This document shows, one piece after another, positions 13,001-24,827 of a stretch of 64,000 nt of DNA. Position 1 is the stretch's first letter. Every line of letters begins with the position of its first letter. This DNA is from Guillardia theta CCMP2712. Its lineage: Eukaryota > Protista > Cryptophyta. Position numbers and translations under genes: made by a program. The stretch lies in assembly GCF_000315625.1 (NCBI RefSeq), contig NW_005434622.1:62001-126000 (forward strand), given 5' to 3'. The notes under the pieces are model-generated. The model worked only from the letters and a program-made list of their open reading frames with translations. It was not told the origin of the DNA and searched no databases.

Positions 13001-15538
13001 GTCTGAATGTTTGTGAGGAGGGACGCGGGCAGCGAGAGAAAAGGAGGCAAGGGAGGAGGAAGTTGACGGGAGGGGTACAGTAGGATAGGCAGTTCTGACC
13101 AGGGCAGGAGGAGTTGGAGGAGAACGAGAGCGCCAAAGAAGGGAACAAGGGGATAGGATGAAGAGCAGATGACGAGGAGAGGGGAACAGGAGGGGGAGGG
13201 AGGGAGGGAGGGAGGGAAGGAGGGAGGAGAGGGATGAAACAACGAGATACCAGCGTGAACGAGCTGTGAAAATATTGACAGATCCTTGAAAATCGATGAC
13301 CCACAGCCTCCAACAGCTCCGCATGCTCAGGCATCGAGTCCACGATGCAGAGCTTGAGCTACACATTGTCTTTAGCAAATCATTTTTCCCTCCCCTCCCC
13401 TCTGCCTTCTTCTCCTCTCCTCTCCTCTCCTCGCCTCTCCTTTCCTCTCCTCTCCTCTCCTCTCCTCTCCTCTCCTCTCCTCTCCTCTCCTCTCCTCTCC
13501 TCTCCTCTCCTCTCCTCTCCTCTCCTCTCCTCTCCTCTCCTCTCTTCTGCACCTCGATCGAGCGAGATATCTGAACTTCAGGCACTCGGAAGCTCGAGGA
13601 CAACTCCGTCCTCCCGATAATCTGAAAACCTCCATGACTACAAAGATGTAACGTGGGAGGAGACGAGGAGCAGGACAGCAAACAGAGAGTCAAGGAGGGC
13701 ACCAGAAAATAGGGGCAGGGGCAGGACAAGGCACGAGTATCTGGCAGAGGAGGAAGAGAGGAGGAAGAGAGGAGGAAGGGGGTGCTCAGGGAGCGGAAGG
13801 AGGAAGAACGTAGGGGCCGGGGGGAGGAGGTCAGGATTTCAAGGGCCTCACCTGCTCATTGCAGAGTTTCGACACGTAGGATATCGAGTGACTGCCGGGA
13901 AAGGAGGGCCAGTGCTGTACCCTCACTCGCTCGATCACCGTCCATGGCTTCAAGAACAGCTTGTGGTCGGGAGGAGGAGCCGATCGGGTGCTGGTGGATC
14001 GGAGGAGGAGGTAGTCGCCGTCCGTCACTGACTGCAGTCTCCTCTTGAACGGCTCGAAGGCGATGCAGACCTCGAAGTCGCCGGGGCAGAGGACGTGGGA
14101 TGGGCAGGACAAGGACACGGCAGGGATGATAGTCTCGAAGGAATCGCTCTGGGCTGAGGGCCACATGGCATTGTGCTCGTGGTAGTAGCGGAGGATGTAT
14201 CGACCCTTGCTGGTGAGGAAGCGACCGCTGAGAAAGATGTCCTCCGACTTGCTCGAGACAGTGATGCGGGTGATGGCGTCACTGGGAGACCTGCCGACGA
14301 AGTTCATGATGAAGGACGGCAAGGGAGAGAGGGAAGGAGGAGGGAGAGGGGCAGGGACAGGGCAGGAGCGAGGGAGGGCAGGCGGGAAAGGACGATGGCA
14401 GAAGGGAGGGGAGGGGGAGGTAAAAGGGAGGGAAAAAGGGAGAGGAAGATGGCGAGAGGGAGGGAGGGAGAGAGGGAGGGAGGGAGGGAGGGAGAAGGAA
14501 GATGCGGGAGCAGGAAGGGAGCGCGGGGGGCGGGTGGTGGTAGTGGGGAGGGTCACTTGAGCTCGTGGTCCACTAGCTCCTGCTTCATCTGGGATGGTCG
14601 CTGAGCGATCAGATCTTTGTAGGCTGAGTCTTGTCGATCATCGGCCTCAAACAGCGCGATGAATCCTCCCGGTTCCAAATCCCAGTCGTCCTGCGACACA
14701 ATCCTGTAGGAGATGGGCAGGTCGTCTCCGATGAGGACGCTTCTGGCTGTTGAGAGGTAGACCTGGAACGGGTACGAGAAGGCGGGAGGGTAACGTTGAG
14801 CCTTGCGCAGATGGTGCTGAAGAGCTGATTGAGAAAAGGCTCGTTCCCAAACTTGTCGAGGGCCTCGTTGCAGATCTCAGCAGCTTTCAGGTTGTTGCCA
14901 GAGGTTGCAAGCTCTCTAATTCTCTCTTCGTACTCCTGCACAGAACCTTCAATGTTGTCCTCCAACGCGATGTGCGACGTCTGCGACCCAGCAGTGGGCG
15001 GAGCTGACATGTCCTCCTCAAACACGATGTCAAGAAAGATCCCTTCAATGATTGACCGTGCAATGGCGTACGAGTATGCCTTAGCAACCTTGTTCTGCCT
15101 CGCCGTATCTGTTGGCCTCGTCTTCTGTGGTGCCTTGGTCATGGTTGTCGCTGTTTGCACAAGAGATCTTGGCCAGGACTCGTCCATGCTGCTGAACATC
15201 AAGGGTGTCTCGTTGTCCAGATGAGAGTCCGAGTACGACTCGAGAACGGCTTGACGATGAATGGTCGAACGTCTCTTCATCACCATGCTGTGCCTGCGGT
15301 CATTCGGCTTGCTCTTACTCGAGGTCAGGATCTGATCGATTTCATCGAGAGTTCCCAGCAGAGATTTGTACTGGTTGTTACTCGACAGCTCTCTATGAAG
15401 AGAGCTAGCGGAAGAGCTTCTTCGAGAGCTCGTTTCAAAGTCCACGTCTTCACTCTTCACCGATCCTGTCCCCATACTCTTCACTGTCTCTACGCTTGAT
15501 CGTCTTGGATTCATTGCTGACATGGCCGATTGCTTCAT
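4044..15538 (-). CDS. Large multi-exon protein: cNMP-binding domain + NACHT/STAND P-loop NTPase with winged helix + PATROL1/Munc13(MHD)-like helical region
   Basis: cNMP: LRKSPLLSIMDSQDIRTLA...M|YVVLNGNLSV...GEMSLLTGEPAGATVRV (~10900-11775). Walker A ILIRGSPASGKT (~9700). Walker B-like VVIIVDRID (~8910). WHD IFRFLAVARTGLTTNEL (~7520-7600) and GGVLDFRTESFRKTAHELF (~7000). Last exon ends KLHLVC* at 4044. That all exons form one gene is inferred. Confidence 0.65.
5100..5370. mobile_element. Intronic insertion of the dispersed repeat family (copy B) containing a 36-bp tandem repeat x3
   Basis: A GC-rich arm is followed by TACTGTTTTAAC and (TAAAAATCCATTAAGAGTACCGGGCTCACTGATGAG) x~3 at ~5239-5346. 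The reverse complement resembles GATCTTTACTCA..AAGTTAAGTTAAAAAACAGTA at 38649. Confidence 0.55.
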
Positions 15539-15867
15539 TCTATCGTTCCTTGACCATCAGTAGTGACATTGATAGCTGGCCTAGCGCAAGGGACCGGTAG
15601 AGTTGTCTCCTTTTCTCTCCGATGGCACCCCCTGCTTGGGGACTAGCATCACATCATCTGCACAAACAAGACAGAGGATCAGCGTCAGTTACAAAAGTGA
15701 AGATATTCATCAAAAGATTCAAGGGGGACGAAGTGAACTTCAGCAGGCAGACTTGTATACTCGGACCGTCCTACGGTCTGACTCCGGCGGGTGACGCAGC
15801 GAGTCAGCCCTATGAATGTGAGTGGGAGGCAACGGCGAGCAGGGCTGGTGAAGGATGGTAGATTGTG

Positions 15868-15960
15868 ACTGTGATGCAGCGGCGATCATATGGCAGCGGC
15901 ATTGAACCTGCGATCTTCCGCGAACTCGCCGGCGCGCCTATCGTACATGATGGGTGGGAT
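15868..15960 (-). repeat. Degenerate tRNA-like/SINE-like fragment
   Basis: The minus strand reads GGAAGATCGCAGGTTCAATGCCGCTGCCA (B-box/T-arm-like). TTCARTGCCGCTGCCA and TGATCGCCGCT also occur at ~900-930. Confidence 0.35.
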
Positions 15961-16634
15961 GAAAAAGTGAGAGTCCGTTGAAGACGGTTGGAAAGTCGTT
16001 ATAGGATCGTTTCAGACCGTTAGGTCTTCATGGTGATTGATCTGAAGCGAGCCCGATTAAAGTAGTCCTGTAGGGTAGGGTAGGGTAGCGCAAAGACAGG
16101 GCAAGGGTCATTTTTTTAGTCCATTTGTGAACATTTTCTAGTGTGTTGATGGTCGATTGTAGGGGTCCACAAAAAACTTTTAGGAACTGTTCACTTTTCG
16201 TTCTTGCATGTCAGAATTAGTAGGGGTAGGCAGTTCAAAGTAAGAGTAGATTATGACCACCCATCTGTCTTAGTAATGAAAGGTGGGGTAGCAGGAATCT
16301 TTACATGCAGGGGACAAGTCATGTTGGTGAAGAGGGGTGGGTTAAAGGTCAAGGGTGGGGTACTATATGTGGATGGAGTGGGGTGGTACACAGAGGAAGC
16401 GAAGGGGACGAGGGATAAGGGAGGGGGTGGGGGTGGATTCGTGGTTGTGCATGTGCGTCACTTGCCGCGATCAGATGGCCGGAAGGGGAGATGATGCGGG
16501 AGGAGGAAAAGAGAGATGGAGAGATGGAGATATGGAGAGAGGAGGGAGGAGGGAGGAGGGAGGCGAGAGGAGAGAGGAGAGATGATGGAGGATGGAGGAG
16601 ATGATGGAGGCGAGAGGAGAGATGCGAGCTCGAG

Positions 16635-16734
16635 NNNNNNNNNNNNNNNNNNNNNNNNNNNNNNNNNNNNNNNNNNNNNNNNNNNNNNNNNNNNNNNNNN
16701 NNNNNNNNNNNNNNNNNNNNNNNNNNNNNNNNNN
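16635..16734. other. Assembly gap (100 N) within a GA-rich microsatellite
   Basis: Run of N. Confidence 1.
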
Positions 16735-17485
16735 AGGAGAGAGGAGAGAGGAGAGAGGAGAGAGGAGATGGAGGAGAGAGGACAGAAGAGGTCGTTGTTC
16801 ATGCTGAGACGTGGAGCTGCAAAGGAGAAGCAAAGAGATGCGAAGGAGAAGGTTTTGAGTACTGAAGGAGTAGTTCAAGTGGGTATATTGAGCGACAGTG
16901 GAGAAGAGGGCAAGGGATGAAGGGAGGGAATAATGAGAAGAGGAGGCGAATATTAGAGAGAAGCAAGTTTGAGGAAAGATGATTTGGATCAATTTGGAAG
17001 AGGAAGAGTAAAGAGGGCGCCGATGACGTGAAAGTGGGCAAGGCAGTGGCGGGAGAAGAAATGAATGAAGAGAGGAGAACACAGGAGGAAGGAGAGAAGA
17101 AGTTGTTGAGTTGACGAGGAGAGGATAATCGGGCAAAGTGTGGCAAAACTGGGGAAGTGAGGTAAGGACGAAAGGAAGGGAATATGGGAACAAAGCGAGG
17201 GGTTGACAAGGAGGATTGGAGGATGATTAAGTCTCAGGAAAGAGAGGTGGAATGTTTGGAATGAACTCTGGAGAAGAGAAAATGGGTACCACAGCAACAC
17301 TTGCAATATTTGATTTTTCATGCTGCTGCCACATGTGTTTCTTCAATTTCAACGCTCGTCTTGAGCATGTTTGAATGTAGTCATGTACCCTCAGAAGTTG
17401 TACTGACCTCTACCATCACGTGAAGATTATTTGAGGCTCCTAACTTCTTGTTTTCAGTCACGTCTTTTGCAACGGGTGAGAAGAT

Positions 17486-19603
17486 ATGGCAAACCAGGTC
17501 TGATGGACATCACTTATCATAGTGAAGGCTTACCTTGTTGACCAGGACGACCTACCACCAGACTCCTGGGATGAGGCGGAAGAAGAAGCCTTGGTTTCTG
17601 TGAGAGTTTTCAGTTGTCAATGTTGCAATGCTCTAACGCTGATTTCAGCGAATGAAGACGGCTGAAATTGCCAACGACACGAATGCTTCCGAAGAAATGC
17701 TCAACAAGGTCGGCTCTTTGATTTACGCTCTGCCCGATATTTACGTATGGTTATCGAAGGCGTTGCAAAATCCCAAGGAACGCTCAACCCTGCTCAAGGT
17801 GATTCTGTATTTGGTCAAAGTTGTCGGCTGATCATCAACAGTTGGACGAGCAGTTCGAGCGGTTCTTGTCCAACCCTGAGTAAGAAACAATCACAGCTGG
17901 AACTATTCTACTGAGATCTGCTGACCTGGTTTTCTATCAGGCTGCAGCATATCCGTTTCAAAGGAGTGTCTGAAAAGCACATCTCCATGGTGAAATGCGT
18001 TGCGGACTTGTTCCTGCTGAAGACAAGCTCGTCTGGAGATGGCAGCATATGTGAGTCCGATTTGTTTTGATTGCTGAGATGATAGATTTTTGACGAACTT
18101 CCCGCAGGTATTTCTAAAACCGCTCGCTCAACTGTGCCAGAGAGTAGGTTTGGAGAGCCAAGACACGTTGCAGGTATTTTATTTACGTCGTCCAGGGGGT
18201 TACTGACTTCGCTACAGGCAGACAGATCAAGCCCATGGAGGCGAAACCTTCGGAGCAGGAAGTCAAGGTTGCGCTAAGCAGCCAGATTCTCCTCTTCTGA
18301 CTTGAAATCGCAGGTCATGCGCAGAGACGTAGCGCAGAGACAGGACGACAGGGCAGCGCGACTAGCAGGTGTCTATTTTCTTGTGATTTAAATGTTGTAA
18401 GTGAGTTGCAGCGAAACGTGGAGAGAAGAAGAAGTCAGCTGAAGAAAGGCAAGCTTTTGCACGCTGATGCAACTGAAGCTCACCTATTCAAATCAGGCAA
18501 CAGGAATATCTTCAAGCTCGAGCACGAATTTTCAACCAACAAGACACTGCGGATGAAGTACCAGACCTCGGCCAGTCATCCCGTCCCTCACCTTACTTGT
18601 TCTCAGCAGGTTGCAACACCGCCTGAAGCCAGCTCTTCTCCAACAGCTGCTTATGCGTCAAGCTCCTCCAATGGTCCGCTGGGACCGGTGCAAGGAGGCA
18701 TGGGTACAGCTTCGCCTTGACGCTCACCAGAGTAAGCAAGTGTTGACGCCTGTGTTGGCCTCAGGTTTCTCCGCCGGCAGGGGGAAGCGAGAAGGTCCCT
18801 TGCCCGACCAGGCTGAGTCGAAGGCGAACCCACAAGCCCCGAGAATGCCTAAGAAGGTGCGGGAGAAGCCGCAAGGAAGCTTCTCACCTGTTGGCTCAGG
18901 CCGTCATGACCAACAAGCTTGCTGACCTGCAAGACCCGGACTACGATCGTTCTCGTTACGGACCCAAGGTGGCTTAAGAACATCTCCTTGCCGCGTGCTC
19001 ATGGTGAATCTGCAGCCTCTCAAGTATCCGATGTCGCTCAGTGCGGGAGCCCAGGAGTTCTTGCCGGTACATGTACGCAGAGGGTGACACCAGGGTCCTC
19101 GTGACATCGCGACAGGAGCGAGAATGGGGGAACGAGAGCCCCCAGTTCGGCATGGGAGAGCTTCCTACTGGAATTCCGCCTCCTGTTCCTCACCCGTCCA
19201 TGGGCTGGCCTGGCCCCTTGAACGGCATGGGACCCTCGTACCCCATGTGGAACATGGGCGGGTGGGGGCTGCAGCCTTCCATCCCCTCCCACCTCAACTT
19301 CCCTGGAGACCTTCCTTTCAGTTCCAACGGCTTCCCTTCGGCTTTCCCCCCGCCCCAGCAGTTGGATGCCAAGATGCCCGCCATGGGCATGTACTACCAA
19401 GGCGGGGCGGAAAGCTTCTCTTCAGGCTCTTACAGCAATGGACTGCAGCCTATTGGCTCCAGTGATGGTTTCAGCGGATTGGACCCGACTTCATCCCAAG
19501 TAAGAGACTATGTAGCAAACGGGTGAGCAGCGAAATGGATCTTAAAGTTTCTCCTGTCTGACTTTGATGTCAAGGTCCACCAACATCGAGAACTCTCAAT
19601 CTG
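17486..19603 (+). CDS. R3H/SUZ-type RNA-binding protein (R3HDM/ARPP21/Encore-like), multi-exon
   Basis: Spliced ALQNPKERSTLLK|LDEQFERFLSNPE|LQHIRFKGVSEKHISMVKCVADLFLLK...ISKTARSTVP, then VMRRD and a P/G/M-rich tail. The end is approximate. Confidence 0.7.
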
Positions 19604-20525
19604 AGCCTTACCATGATTCCTCCTCTTATCAATCTGATTTTCCCGCTCTTGGCTGATTTTCGGTTGGTTCTGACTCGTTGATCATCCAGGCTGTTGGGCT
19701 GACGTTTTTTCGCAGACACTCTTTGATCTTCTTTCCTCCTCTTCTCTCCGCACATCCCGTTCTTCGACAGTCGTTCCTTTGCATTCTCCTTCCTTCGTGG
19801 CCTCTGGCTTATCAATCGTGCCAGCTCTCATCGTGCTCTACAAGACTTTTCTGTTTCAAATCTTGATCTTCAAGTTTCTTCGGATAGTCTGGATGTCTTG
19901 TTCCTCCAACAGCCCACTGGGCTCTGAGACAACAGGTTCAGATGCTTCAGAGACGTTTGCTCCGGGCGAGATGGACAATGTTAGCCTCCTTGCCGCTCTC
20001 GGATATCAGAGCGATGGTCCAAGGGTGCATGGTGCAACTTTGAGAAGCTATTCTTATGGCCAACTAGAACAAGAGGATGCTTCGAGCTTTTCTAGCTCGA
20101 TATGCGACCGTTCTCTTAAGGATATTTAAAGCCGGACAGGATCGTTATCGCGGATCCCTGCGAAACTTTTCAATGACCGTCTGGCAACTCTACGACTTGT
20201 AAATACGATTATTCATTCATCGACAAATCTATCTTCTTATTTCTTTTTCGTGGTTTTTCTTCTCGTTTCCCATGGAAATTCTTTTCACGCACTGACAACT
20301 GATCTCACTGGAAGTCAGTGGCACATCAATACGGCTCGAAGCCAGAAAGCACAGCTGATCTCAACTACAAGGTGAACGGCTGTGAGCGTGAACATCGCAA
20401 GATGACTTGTCGTTGCAGGCACGTCATGTGACATGTAACAAATCTGATTGAGTTCAAGATGAAGAGCTTGCGAGCATTTTTCGAATGTGAAGGCTAATAA
20501 ACAGACAGAAGGCAGCTGGTGGCTG

Positions 20526-22455
20526 TTACAAGAAATCCGGGTTGAAGGTCATGAGCCTCGGCCCCTTGAGCGTCAGATTCATGAGGCTCATCTGATGCAG
20601 GTTGCTGATCTCTTCGAAGGTCGAACCTTTGTGGACCTGAAGAGAAAGATGAGATGAGATGAGATGAGATGAGATGAGATAGATAGAAGAGAAGAGAAGA
20701 GAAGAGAAGAGAAGAGATGAAAAGGAGCAAAGAAATGATGATGCTGTGGCGAGGAGAAGTAGACGAGAATTGACAAGGAGGTGAAGAGATATTGAGAATA
20801 GGAGCAGCAGATGAAGCCAAGAGAGATAGGCAGGAGCGTTTGCCTGTCAAAGGTTTCTACCTTGAAAGTTTTCTTCCTCTTCAACGCAAAGTCGAAGGCA
20901 AGTGAAGGTTTCCCCGGCCCCTCCTCCTCGTCGGCTATCGCGAGTCAGGTGGGAGTGTCAGCCTCCTCCTCTCACCTGGAGGCAGCAGCGAATGCCGAAG
21001 ATCCTTGGGGCGCAGGAGCAGCTTCGTCCTCGTGCACGGCAGAGCCTGCACGTCCAGCACGGACTTGGGGACTCTGTGAGGAAGTCAGACGAGAGGAGGA
21101 GGAGGAGGAGGAGGAAGGAAGAGGAGAAGGGGACAGAAAAGTAGCTGGAGCAGGAGCAGGAGCAGGAGGAAACGATAGCGCACGTCTGCCGTCCTTTCCA
21201 GAGGGCCGGAGTGATCATCTTGTGTGGGAATCTCTCTTGCACTGGGTCCCATTCCGACAAGATGCTGTTTGCCCCTACGTTGAGCGTGTGGATGTTGCTG
21301 TTGCCCTTCAACCCCTTCGTCCGTCTCAGTCTCCCTCCTCCTTCTCCTCTCCCCCATCCTCTTCGTCCTCGTCCTCTCCCTCCGCCCCCCTCTGACCCCT
21401 TCCTCTCCCTCCATCTCCTGCTTCCTCCTCCCCTTCCACCTGAATCAGCGCCACGCAGCCTGAGGCGACTCGAGGGTCTCCCATGCCGCTGGGGCCTGAC
21501 AGGCAGTTAGAGGAGCGGGAGAGGAGGAGGTGACTGACCGGGATGGAGATCGTTGAGGGGCTGAATCTGCAGCGACGTTAGCGTCGTCGTCTTCCGTAGA
21601 GCGTTGGCGATCCTGGTAGTTGCCTGCAGACTGTCAGGAGAACCACTCTTGTCGTCCTTCCCTCCTCCCTCCTTCTTCTCCCTCCTCCCTCTTCCTCCTC
21701 CCCCCTCCCTCCTCTCTTGATCCCGTTCTTCATGCTCACCAGGTCTCCGATCTGATTGTCGCCGAGGTCTAGGGTACGGAGGGAGAGGTTGTGTCGGAGG
21801 GCGCGGGCGATGGCCTCGCCGCCGGAGGCCTGCAGGTGGTTCCCGTAGACGTTGAGCTGGTTCAGCACAGTGTTGACTTGCAGCATCGACGCCAGCGCCG
21901 TCGCTCCCTCAGGCCCTGCAGCAGCGTCACGAGAGGACGCGGACGAGACGCGTACCGATCCTGTTCCCTCTTAGGTCGCATGATGTTACGCTCGGATGAG
22001 CCTGAGCACCAGAGTGAAGGAGGAGAGGAGGGAAGGGAGACAAAGAAAGGATAGGGGAAGGGAGGAGAGAAGGAGGAGAGAGAAGAAAAGGAGAGGAGAG
22101 GACAGGAGAGGAGAACGAGAGTGGGGGAGGTGAGGGGAGGAGAGAAGGAGGGGAGGGGAGAGAAGGAGAGGAGAGGGGAAGGCAGGAGAACCTGGATAGC
22201 GTCTGAAAGAGCGACGGCAGCTTCAGCATCGAGGTCGTTGTCTCTCAAGCTTAGGGACTTGAGGCTGGAGGTCTTGCGGATGAACTGAGCGATCTCGATG
22301 GCGTGTGAGTACTTGAGCCCGAAGCCTCTCAGGTTGATCGCTCGGATCCTCATGCCCGGGGTGACCTCACACAACTGACAATCCATCAGCACTCCTCCTC
22401 CTCCCCCTCCTCCTCCTCCTCCATCACCAACACCACCTCCACCACCTCCTCCTCC

Positions 22456-22537
<82 letters not shown>

Positions 22538-23900
22538 AAGGCGCTCTTATTCCTCCTCTTCCTGCTCCTGCTCCTCTCTCACCTGCAGAGGCTTCTTGCT
22601 GTCGGGAGTGAAGTGCGCGGGTAGAATCTCCCCGTCGACTTCAGGGTGGACCCAGCAGGACATGCTGGGGATGTAGAGGATGCCTGGAGGGGCGGTAGCT
22701 GGGAGCGGTCAGGAGGAAGCTGCACATGATCTGGAGCTGGGCACCTTGCTGGTGTTGTTGGTGAGAGTAGCAGCCGTAAAGTTTGCCGATGGAGTTGATG
22801 AAGATGGCGGCACATCGCTGAAGGCCTTTGATAGCAAAGACAAGGAGAAGTGAGATAGATAAAGAAAAGAACAAGTCTTTAGCAATCAAGACAAGGGCGG
22901 TCAGTTACCGCTGTCTCGCTTCTTGACTCGCATCAGTACCTTGACAATCTTCTGAACCAGAATCGACACCGTGGGCCACCTTGCAGCAAGTAAACAAGGA
23001 GAGAGGAGAAAAATTGATGAGGAGGAAGGGAGGAGAGGAGGAGAGAACGAGAGGAGGAGGAGGAGGGTGAGGGTGAGGAGGCAGACCTCTGCTGGTGCAG
23101 CTTGCTGTAAGCTTCATGGATGATGGTATGAGTGCCCTTGGCTGTCTGTACGCTGGACAGGATGAAAACTTCGAAGGAACCGGTGCGAGGAAACTCGCCC
23201 TCCTCTAGCCATAACGATTACACGCATTAGCCTCCCCGTCACCACCACTCACTGTGACGATCTTGATCGAGGTTTTGAACACTCCAGACTTTCTTCCCGC
23301 CTTTGATGGCCTTCAGTTCCTTCTTGTCCTTCAACCACTCCAAGAGCTCTAGAGTTGCTTGATTCTGCAAGATGGTGACGTCAAGAGGCAGCGCCGCTCT
23401 TGACAGAGACTGTATGACTGAGACAAGTCAGCCGCTACTGCTGGTTGCAGCATCAAGGTTTACGGTCTTGATAGTGATCTTGATAATGCTTCGGGTTTGC
23501 GTTGGCGCCGACGTGGCTGGTGCTGCAGTTTGCACTCACTCGAGGAATGAAGAGAGAGTCAGTCGCATACCAGAGCTCTACCACGATCACAACCGGCGTG
23601 TTCATCCTCGCCCCACCTCTCCCTGTCTTCACATGTCAGGAGGTCTAGAGCATCTCGACATTTCTTCTCGAGGATTGACAGCACAGTGATCGCAACATGT
23701 CTACACTAGCATGCTTGAGCTCAGGCTTCTTTCGATCCTGCGGTTGCTCCTTCCCTTGAGTCGCATATCCTGCATTCTTTCTTTTCAAGTTCACTCAGGC
23801 ACCTCCTGCTCCCCTTCCCCTCTCGCTTCCGTCCTCGTCTCTCTGTCTCAGCTCCGCCTGTCTGCTTGAATCCTTTCTCCTCCTTCCCCTTCCTCGCCCC
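20526..23900 (-). CDS. Ribonuclease-inhibitor-type LRR protein with N-terminal Rdx/SelW-like thioredoxin-fold domain; start uncertain
   Basis: LRRs LKSLSLRDNDLDAEAAVALSDA, LNQLNVYGNHLQASGGEAIARAL and LRTLDLGDNQIGD. Rdx-like EFPRTGSFEVFI...YSKLHQQR|WPTVSILVQKI. Terminal exon ends TFNPDFL*. Confidence 0.75.
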
Positions 23901-24149
23901 TCCTGCTGTTCCTCCTCCCCATGCTTGTCGCTCTCGCTACATTTAACGGTCAACGGGCCTACGGTCACTAGTCTGGTATATGGTTGGGGTAGGAGCCTGC
24001 GCTGCCTTTTCTCTTGTCCTAGTTAAGCTCTGGGGGGGGTTCAGTCAAGGGGCGAGTAAAGGCGGCACCCAGTCCAGCTCTAGCGTAACCGAAACCTTGA
24101 GAGTAATAACGTAAACGCGAAACTATGGTCGTACGTTGAAGCGGCATGA

Positions 24150-24330
24150 CCAGAGGAGAGGAGAGAGGAGAGACGAGAGGAGAGACAAGAGGAGAGACGA
24201 GAGGAGAGACGAGAGGAGAGATGAGAGGAGAGACGAGAGGAGAGACGAGAGGAGAGGAGAGAGGAGAGACGAGAGGAGAGACGAGAGGAGAGGAGAGAGG
24301 AGAGACGAGAGGAGAGGAGAGAGAGAGAGA
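24150..24330 (+). repeat. GAGAGGAGAGAC-type purine-rich tandem repeat
   Basis: Directly visible 12/17-nt units. Confidence 0.9.
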
Positions 24331-24827
24331 AGCAGTTGAAGGCGTCTGAATGTACGCGATGAGCTCCTGAGGACCAGGGAGGGAACAGGAGGATGCAGAA
24401 AGCGAGCTGATAGTGAAGAGAGCGAGCGAGCGAGGAGAGAAATGCTAATATTAGTGAGAGAAACGATGCAAGGGAACGAGAGGACCAGCAAAAGGAGGAG
24501 TGCAAGGCAAGCATCAGAAACAGGGAGAGAGACTGAGGGAGGGAGGGAGAGGACGGGGGTTTCATGGGAGGATAAATGAGGATGTGAAAGGGAGATACAA
24601 GGGTCTGAAAGATTCTGATTGACAGAAGGCGAGCAAGCACCGGAGAATCCGAGCGAAGACAAGACAAGGACGGGTCTAGCCTGATGCTTGCGATTACATC
24701 CTTTCGTCAGGATCGTTGTCGACGATGATCAAGGCTGGAGATGATAGTTTGAAGGATCATGTTTCAGCTATCATGTGACGAGTGACAAGATATCCCTTGA
24801 GTTTCTTCGAGCTTAATCCAACCTACG

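Noticed and set aside
15868-15960. Functional tRNA gene
   Set aside because: No complete cloverleaf; the T-stem is mismatched and no acceptor stem was found.
16070-16089. (TAGGG)n as a telomeric repeat
   Set aside because: Only about three units, internal, and part of the broader GGGGTA tracts.
16458-17321. Long S/L/P-rich ORFs spanning the gap
   Set aside because: Produced by purine-rich low-complexity DNA and Ns, with no domain signal.
19650-20130. Possible small gene between the R3H and LRR genes
   Set aside because: No consistent spliced frame or recognisable motif could be built; it may be UTR.
23370-23470. Selenocysteine (TGA) in the Rdx-like domain
   Set aside because: The nearby TGA belongs to a CTGAC branch point inside a probable intron, and no CxxU frame was found.
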